Origin: Candidatus Krumholzibacteriia bacterium
GTDB taxonomy: Bacteria > Krumholzibacteriota > Krumholzibacteriia > WVZY01
Length of the DNA: 11,925 nt
Reading direction: 5' to 3'
NCBI GenBank assembly: GCA_036478295.1
Contig: JAZGDW010000165.1
Location: 1 to 11,925 of the forward strand
The stretch's first letter is position 1; each line of letters begins with the position of its first letter. A model generated the notes under the pieces. The model did not search any database and was not told the DNA's origin. It was given only the letters and a program-made list of their open reading frames with translations. Made by a program: the position numbers and the translations under genes. Shown in pieces: positions 6,295-11,925 of this stretch.

Positions 6295-7968
6295 ATGCGG
6301 CTGGTCGAATGCGTACCGAATTTTAGCGAAGGGCGGGATCGAGGAATAATCGACGCGATCGCGGCGGCAATCGACAGCGCCGATGGTGCGCACCTCCTGG
6401 ATGTGGATCCCGGCAAGGATACCAACAGGACCGTGGTGACCTTCGTCGCCGACTACGACGCGGCGGTCGCAGCGGCGTTCTCGGCGATCGAGACCGCGTC
6501 GCGGTTGATCGATATGAGCAAGCATACGGGTGCCCACGCCAGAATGGGTGCCACCGATGTGTGCCCCTTCATCCCGGTGCGCGGCGTGACACGCGAGGAA
6601 TGCGTCGAGTTGGCGAAGCGGTTGGGGCAGCGTGTCGGCGAAGAGCTCGGCATTGCGGTTTATCTTTACGAGTACGCGGCTAGCAGTGAAGACCGGCGTA
6701 ACCTGGCAGACGTTCGTGCCGGCGAATACGAGGGGCTGCGGGACAAGATGTTGCAACCGCATTGGAAACCGGACTTCGGACCGGCCGAGTTCAACGCCAG
6801 GAGCGGCGCGACGGTAATCGGGGCGAGAGATTTTCTTATAGCCTACAACGTGAATTTGAACACGCGGGACCGCAAGCTGGCGCATGACATCGCCCTGACT
6901 ATTCGCGAGGCCGGTCGCGCCAAGCGGGACAGCCTGGGCAAGATCGTCAGGGACACCGAGGGCAAAGCGGTCAACGTGCCCGGGACTCTCAAAGCATGTA
7001 AGGCCGTCGGCTGGTACATAGACGAATACAAGCAGGCGCAGGTGTCGATCAACCTGGTGAACATAGAGGTGACGCCACCGGCCGTCGCCTTCGATGAAGT
7101 GAAGCGCCAGGCGGAAGCTCGTGGGCTGCGCGTGACGGGAAGCGAACTCGTAGGGCTCATTCCCCTCGAAGCGATGTTGCACGCTGGCAGGCACTACCTG
7201 GCCCCTCAGGGCAAGTCCGCGGGAGTTCCCGAGAGTGATTTGATCCAGACCGCCATCCAGTCGCTCGGCCTGAATGACATCAGTGCCTTCGATCCCCGGC
7301 AGAAGATTATTGAGTACCGGGTGGCGGATGAGACGCCGCTGGCGGACGATAGCGTGCGCGGCTTCGTGGACGAGACCTCGCGCGAGTCGCCGGTGCCGGG
7401 CGGCGGCAGCGTTGCGGCCCTCATGGCGGCGTTGGCCGGGGCGCTCGGCAGCATGGTCGCCAATCTCACCGCCGGCAAGCGGGAGTATGAAGAGTATGAC
7501 GGAGAGATGAAGGAGGCAGCCATTCGCTCACAGGAGATGAAGGATTTTTTTGTGAGGGCGGTCGATGACGACTCGAAGGCGTTCGACGGAGTGATGGCGG
7601 CGACAAGGCTGCCCAGGAAAACGGACGCCGAGAAGGGCCACCGCGATGCCGAAATCGAAAAGGCGACCCTGCGCGCGGTTGCCGTGCCGCACTCCGTACT
7701 CAATCATTGTTACGAGTATCTGGACACGCTCGAGACCGTTGCCAAGAATGGCAACCGTAGCTCGATCAGCGACGCGGGCGTGGCCGCCAAATCTCTGGAG
7801 GCGGCGGCTTGCGGTGCGTTGCTCAACGTGCTGATCAATCTTCCCGGACTTTCGGATAAGAACTACGTAAAGGCGACGGCGGAGAAGGCCAGGAAGACCT
7901 CGCAGGCGGTGACCGACCGCTGCGAGGCGATCTTCAAACACGTGCTCGGCCACATCGAGGGGCAGTAG
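6295..7968 (+). CDS. ftcD: Bifunctional glutamate formiminotransferase / formiminotetrahydrofolate cyclodeaminase
   Basis: 557 aa. FT domain: LVECVPNFSEGRD, TNRTVVTF, GAHARMGATDVCPFIP, RAGEYEGL, GARDFLIAYNVNL, QVSINL, GSELVGLIP. CD domain: PGGGSVAA, VDDDSKAF, SISDAGVA, NVLINL. SD GGAGGTG. Confidence 0.93.
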   Translation: MRLVECVPNFSEGRDRGIIDAIAAAIDSADGAHLLDVDPGKDTNRTVVTFVADYDAAVAAAFSAIETASRLIDMSKHTGAHARMGATDVCPFIPVRGVTREECVELAKRLGQRVGEELGIAVYLYEYAASSEDRRNLADVRAGEYEGLRDKMLQPHWKPDFGPAEFNARSGATVIGARDFLIAYNVNLNTRDRKLAHDIALTIREAGRAKRDSLGKIVRDTEGKAVNVPGTLKACKAVGWYIDEYKQAQVSINLVNIEVTPPAVAFDEVKRQAEARGLRVTGSELVGLIPLEAMLHAGRHYLAPQGKSAGVPESDLIQTAIQSLGLNDISAFDPRQKIIEYRVADETPLADDSVRGFVDETSRESPVPGGGSVAALMAALAGALGSMVANLTAGKREYEEYDGEMKEAAIRSQEMKDFFVRAVDDDSKAFDGVMAATRLPRKTDAEKGHRDAEIEKATLRAVAVPHSVLNHCYEYLDTLETVAKNGNRSSISDAGVAAKSLEAAACGALLNVLINLPGLSDKNYVKATAEKARKTSQAVTDRCEAIFKHVLGHIEGQ

Positions 7969-8014
7969 CCCGAGGCTACGGGCGCCTGGAACAGGTCTAC
8001 GGGGCGGCGATCTA

Positions 8015-8023
8015 TGGTATAGT
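8015..8023 (+). promoter_or_regulatory. Putative extended -10 promoter for the 90-aa gene
   Basis: TGGTATAGT (TGn plus TATAGT) just upstream of SD AAAGGAGAGG and ATG 8047. Confidence 0.4.
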
Positions 8024-8046
8024 GAGTATCTTTGAAAGGAGAGGTT

Positions 8047-8319
8047 ATGGCAGGCGAGAATTTCCAGAGTCTTCTGGAGGAATGGGTTGGGAGCAATGTG
8101 ACCGTCGTGAATCCCGAAAGCTACAAGCTGACGGCGCTCGGTAAAGGTCTGACCTTTCAGACGTACGTGGCAAAGCTCGACCGCATAGGCAGCGATTACA
8201 TCAGGTTGTCGTTCTCATCGGTCAAGCAGGAATCCCAGACGACCGTCGAGCAGATCATTCCCGTCAACAGGATAAAACGACTATCGATCTGGGGTGATGA
8301 GAAGCTGATCCACCTCTAG
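8047..8319 (+). CDS. Small hypothetical protein (90 aa), possible Sm/LSm-like fold
   Basis: ATG 8047 follows SD GAAAGGAGAGG. The ORF fills the gap exactly and reads as a short N-terminal helix followed by beta-strand-like segments. Confidence 0.75.
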   Translation: MAGENFQSLLEEWVGSNVTVVNPESYKLTALGKGLTFQTYVAKLDRIGSDYIRLSFSSVKQESQTTVEQIIPVNRIKRLSIWGDEKLIHL

Positions 8320-8909
8320 GTACGTGTGGATCGACGTAGCGACCACTCGCGGTTTTCCGCCAGGCTCGTCAGCGTTTTTTCGAAGTAGGTGATGTAGTTT
8401 CGCGTGCCGGCGCGCCTCAGATCGATAGCGCCCCTGGCCGTGTCACATATCAACTGCGCATCGGGGGGCTGAATGTGCCCCCACATATCCTGGAATTCCA
8501 CCGGCACCCGAACGTAACTGGGTGCCGTGTCGTTTAGCGTCCAGTCCCGCGCAAGCGAGAAGAGGTCGCAGCCCCGTTCGCCACCGGGAACGTCGTCCCG
8601 GCCCTGCAGCAGGTGGACGAACTCGTGCGCAATGGTATGGAATGACACCTGCGCGGGGTTGAACCACACCTCGTTCCCACCCGGAATCGCCATGCCGCTG
8701 GCCGCTCGCGTCAGGCCGACGCGAATTGTCCGGTCTCCAAATTCGGGGAAAAACCTTCTGACGTAGTGGAGTTTTCTCAGCAGGCTCTTGCAGAAACGGT
8801 GTTTGTCGAGCGGCCGGGTGGTTCCAAACCCGCCCTGCCGGCCCTCGTCCGCCGTTGTGAATTGCAGCGTGAGTTGTGACGAGCGAAGGGTGCGCACGGC
8901 TTTACACAA
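8316..8909 (-). CDS. Hypothetical protein with a zinc-metallopeptidase motif (HExxH...ExxCD)
   Basis: FHTIAHEFVHLLQG followed by PGGERGCDLFSLAR. The start (TTG 8909 or GTG 8897) overlaps or abuts the aminopeptidase stop; the exact start is uncertain. Confidence 0.7.
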   Translation of the reverse strand: MCKAVRTLRSSQLTLQFTTADEGRQGGFGTTRPLDKHRFCKSLLRKLHYVRRFFPEFGDRTIRVGLTRAASGMAIPGGNEVWFNPAQVSFHTIAHEFVHLLQGRDDVPGGERGCDLFSLARDWTLNDTAPSYVRVPVEFQDMWGHIQPPDAQLICDTARGAIDLRRAGTRNYITYFEKTLTSLAENREWSLRRSTRT

Positions 8910-9864
8910 CCAGCTTGCCGCTCTTCATGATCGTCCGCCCGTCCAGCGCGATGGTGGGCTTCTTTACGATGACGTCCATGTGCAGCGTGCTGGGGTTCTT
9001 GCCCCCCGGGTAACTGGTATTGTCTCCAAACGCAACGTGACAGGTGCCGTAGACCTTTTCGTCTTCGAGAACGACACCGGTCAACTTGGCCATCTTGTTG
9101 GTGCCGATGGCGAACTCGGCGACGAAAGAGGCGTTCGTGTTCTTGTCCATTTTCATGCCCTGCTCGATGAGGCGGCGGAAACGTCTGCCCGAAGCGTTGC
9201 CCTGGTATTTTACGATGTAGCCTTTGTCGATGATGAACTCAGTTGGCTCGGTGATGTACTCGCCGCACAGGTCGGCGACGAGGGTGCCCTTGGCCGTTCG
9301 CGGGGCCAGCTCGGCCTCGCCCGTCGGCAGGTTCGAGAACGATCCCCGATCCTTGAGGTTGCCGTCGCTCACCTTGGCACGGTTGCGGATGTCGAGCACC
9401 AGGTCGCAGCCGGAGGGTGACGTCACGCGCGCGATTTTCGCGGAATTGAGGAGCTGGTAAACCTGGTCGGTGAGCTTGATGAGATCATCGTAATCGGCGC
9501 TCAATCCCCGTACGAAGAACTCCTCAGTGATGCCGGGCATGGTGGCTACCCGGGCGCCGGCCCGGCAGGCCTTGCGCCTCGCCGCCGTGTGAGTGATGCT
9601 GGCCACTGTTGGCGCGATCACGACGTCAGACTTGGCCATGGCGCCGGCGATCAATGGCGGCGGCTCTTCGCCGTTCAGCTCGCCCTTCGGATAATAGAGC
9701 AAGGCGGCCTGGGCTCCGAGCTTGATGCCCTCCCTGTAGAGCGCCTCCCCGATCCTCAGCAGCTCCGGGTTGGCGACGACCAGCAGCTTCTCACCCTCTA
9801 CGACGCCCAGACACTGCGTGAGTGCCGTCCTGGCGGCGCGCGCAATCTTTTGATCACTAATCAT
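8902..9864 (-). CDS. Peptidase M29-family (aminopeptidase T-like) metallo-aminopeptidase, short form
   Basis: 320 aa. Motifs GEEPP, SITHT, RVATMPG, NLPTGE, AEFAIGTN, LEDEKVYGTCHVAFGDN, STLHMD. Confidence 0.88.
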   Translation of the reverse strand: MISDQKIARAARTALTQCLGVVEGEKLLVVANPELLRIGEALYREGIKLGAQAALLYYPKGELNGEEPPPLIAGAMAKSDVVIAPTVASITHTAARRKACRAGARVATMPGITEEFFVRGLSADYDDLIKLTDQVYQLLNSAKIARVTSPSGCDLVLDIRNRAKVSDGNLKDRGSFSNLPTGEAELAPRTAKGTLVADLCGEYITEPTEFIIDKGYIVKYQGNASGRRFRRLIEQGMKMDKNTNASFVAEFAIGTNKMAKLTGVVLEDEKVYGTCHVAFGDNTSYPGGKNPSTLHMDVIVKKPTIALDGRTIMKSGKLVV

Positions 9865-9988
9865 CTGACCGGCTCCATTTTCTCACAACGGAAGAAATGC
9901 GAAGATGAGGTGATCCCACCGGCATCCGGGGGTTCAGGCCTACCGCGCTGCGGGGCAACGTTCGTAAGTGCCATTGTGCCACGGTGCC

Positions 9989-10017
9989 AGCATAGGTGAA
10001 TTCCGGGCCCGGGTCAA
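9989..10017 (-). promoter_or_regulatory. Sigma70-type promoter for the aminopeptidase-HExxH operon
   Basis: On the minus strand: TTGACC (10017-10012), 17-nt spacer, TATGCT (9994-9989). Confidence 0.65.
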
Positions 10018-10157
10018 ACCCCTTCGTGGCCCTGCAAACCGCGTTTGGAAATGTCCAGTCTTGCCACAGTTGGAGATGTCCTGTTCGGAGACTCCGGCGG
10101 AGATGACACAGCGGTGTTTCCACGGAGCGGTGCGCACGACGGTCCGGCGGGCGGGTA

Positions 10158-10580
10158 CTACGAGAGGTGATATAACATCCAGTAAACGAGCACACCGGTG
10201 ACCGAAACATACAACCAGATGGGCAAGGTCCACCGCGCGACGCGCCGGTGCTTTTCAAAGCGCCCTCTCAAGGCCTGGTAAAGGGTTATCAGTGCCAGGG
10301 GGCCGATAGCGACGGTCGCCAGGATCGTGTGGGGGATCAGGATGGAGAAATAAATGACGCGGACCCATCCCTCACCCGGGAAGCGCGTGAATCCGACGGC
10401 ATTGTGGTAGATCACATAGGAGACCAGGAAAAGAAACGATACGGTCACGGCCGAGAGCATACAGAATTTGTGCGCATTTACTTTTTTGCGGCGGATGAAG
10501 AAATACCCCGTGATCAGCAACAGCGCGCCGGTTCCGTTCAGGGCGGCGTTGAGAGCAGGAAGGTCGGAAAGCGAAATCAT
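10158..10580 (-). CDS. DUF420 (CtaM-like) four-TM membrane protein, associated with cytochrome c oxidase biogenesis
   Basis: LPALNAALN, HKFCM, FLVSY, YFSILIPHTILA, HRRVARWTLPIWLYVSVTGVLVY. Lies downstream of ctaB. Confidence 0.88.
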   Translation of the reverse strand: MISLSDLPALNAALNGTGALLLITGYFFIRRKKVNAHKFCMLSAVTVSFLFLVSYVIYHNAVGFTRFPGEGWVRVIYFSILIPHTILATVAIGPLALITLYQALRGRFEKHRRVARWTLPIWLYVSVTGVLVYWMLYHLS

Positions 10581-10678
10581 GGCTTACGAAGCGTACAAGC
10601 GCCCTGAGATAGCCGGGTGCCCGATGGCAAACGCGAATAGAATCGAACAGTATGGTGGGTACCGGCAATGCATCGAAA

Positions 10679-11925
10679 CTAGAGTGCTCCCTTGTCCAGC
10701 ATCATCAGCGCCAACAGAGCCGGAAGAAACAGAAGCGAGGCGAAGAGCAGGTGTCGCGCATAGAGGCTCGATTTGTATAAGGCAGTGCGGATCCCAAACA
10801 CCAGGAATGCCACGCCCAGGGCGAGGGCTCCAAAAAAATAGAGTCCCCCGGTGAGACCCAGGAGGGTCGGCATGAGGCTGGCGGGGATCAACGCCAGGCC
10901 ATAGAAAACAATCTGCCGTCCCGTGCGGCTCCCTTCGGTGTCCAGGACCGGCAACATCGCAAACCCCGCCCGGGCATAGTCCTCTCGATACATCCAGGCG
11001 ATGGACAGGAAATGGGGTAGCTGCCACAGAAACAGGATCGAGAACAACGCCAGGGATTCCAGGGAAAGAGCCCCTCGGACCGCGGCCCATCCGATCACGG
11101 GGGGAAGGGCCCCCGATACGGCTCCTACCAGCGTCGAGAGAGAGGTTTTTTTCTTGAGCGGCGTGTAGAGAAAAAGATAATTGGCCCAGGCGACCAGCGT
11201 GAGCAGGGCGGTCAAAGGGTTGACGGCCACCAGGAGGTAAAGAAACCCCACGACCGCCATTCCAATGCCCGAAGTCAGTGCCTCCCTCGGGTCCATGCGC
11301 CCGGCGGGGAGAGGCCGGTTACGAGTTCGCCGCATGCGGCCGTCGGCTTCTCGTTCCATCACTTGATTCAATACGTTGGAGCTTCCGACTGCCAGAGCGG
11401 TTCCAAGCAGCGTATGGAACAACAAGAGCAAGTCCATCGATTGATGAGTACCGAGATAGAATCCCGCCATGGTGGTCAGAAGAATCATCAGCACAATGCG
11501 TGGCTTTGTGAGTTGCATGTAATCCTGGATGGTCGCCGCCACTCTGGAACGGCCGATCTTCACGCGTCCGCGCGTGCGCGGCAACGCCCGCCCACCCGTT
11601 GCCGGGCCCGTTGGATTCGCCGACCTCCCCAGCCCGTTGGCAGCGGGCCAATGACGGTACGACCGCAGCGTTAACACGAGCGAGACCGCAAGGATCGCAG
11701 CGCCGAAGGCCACGTGGGCCGTAGTGGGAAGGACCGCCCGCCGGGTCCAGATGGTCAATGCCCCCAGGAGGAGCTGCGCGAAGAGTATTGCGCCGAGCAG
11801 AACCGCCGGTTGCAGAAACCCCCGTTCCTCGCGGTGGTTTCTTACGATTCGAACGACCAGCAAAACCACACACACCGTGACCGCCACCGCACCCAGCCGG
11901 TGGACATAATGGATCAATACCGGCG
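10679..11925 (-). CDS. ctaB: Fused heme A synthase (CtaA/COX15, C-terminal part) and protoheme IX farnesyltransferase (CtaB/CyoE); 5' end lies outside the window
   Basis: Frame is open to the window edge. CtaA-like IHYVHRLGA, QLLLGALT, TTAHVAFG; then CtaB motifs LTKPRI, LNQVMEREADGRMRRTRNRPLPAG, YTPLKK, GALPP, WQLPHF, YREDY. No stop between the two parts. Confidence 0.9.
   Translation of the reverse strand, partial: PVLIHYVHRLGAVAVTVCVVLLVVRIVRNHREERGFLQPAVLLGAILFAQLLLGALTIWTRRAVLPTTAHVAFGAAILAVSLVLTLRSYRHWPAANGLGRSANPTGPATGGRALPRTRGRVKIGRSRVAATIQDYMQLTKPRIVLMILLTTMAGFYLGTHQSMDLLLLFHTLLGTALAVGSSNVLNQVMEREADGRMRRTRNRPLPAGRMDPREALTSGIGMAVVGFLYLLVAVNPLTALLTLVAWANYLFLYTPLKKKTSLSTLVGAVSGALPPVIGWAAVRGALSLESLALFSILFLWQLPHFLSIAWMYREDYARAGFAMLPVLDTEGSRTGRQIVFYGLALIPASLMPTLLGLTGGLYFFGALALGVAFLVFGIRTALYKSSLYARHLLFASLLFLPALLALMMLDKGAL

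Noticed and set aside
6238..7194. Long antisense ORFs (6238..7194, 2228..3181, 8788..9420 and similar)
   Set aside because: Shadow frames of well-supported genes in GC-rich DNA, with no motifs.
7965..7979. GTAGCC-CGA-GGCTAC hairpin at the ftcD stop as a terminator
   Set aside because: Only a 6-bp stem overlapping the stop codon, with no U tract.
9956..9989. TGGCAC repeats as a sigma54 -24 element
   Set aside because: None has TTGC at the required GG-N10-GC spacing.
1..11925. CRISPR array, tRNA/rRNA, transposase, prophage or defence genes
   Set aside because: No regularly spaced repeats, tRNA arm signatures or matching protein motifs were seen.

Overview
GC-rich bacterial chromosomal window, mostly housekeeping and proteostasis genes; no tRNA/rRNA, CRISPR array, transposase or integrase is visible. 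The + strand carries a nested inverted-repeat element (1-293), class I fructose-bisphosphate aldolase, a putative sigma54-driven module (double zf-TFIIB-type zinc-finger protein, LemA, HtpX/M48 protease with a duplicated C-terminal zinc ribbon), a small outer-membrane beta-barrel, a KamA-family radical SAM aminomutase, a bifunctional formiminotransferase-cyclodeaminase (FTCD) and a 90-aa possibly Sm-like protein. The - strand carries a 5'-truncated CtaA-CtaB (heme A synthase/heme O synthase) fusion, a DUF420 membrane protein, an M29 aminopeptidase and an overlapping HExxH hypothetical. Best leads: (i) the KamA homolog lacks both lysine-binding Asp residues, so its substrate is probably not lysine, and it has a structured leader; (ii) the zinc-ribbon-rich, possibly sigma54-controlled zf/LemA/HtpX module; (iii) unexplained structured non-coding elements at 1-293, 1417-1531 and 4829-4980. 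All family calls come from motif recognition by eye; no searches were run.
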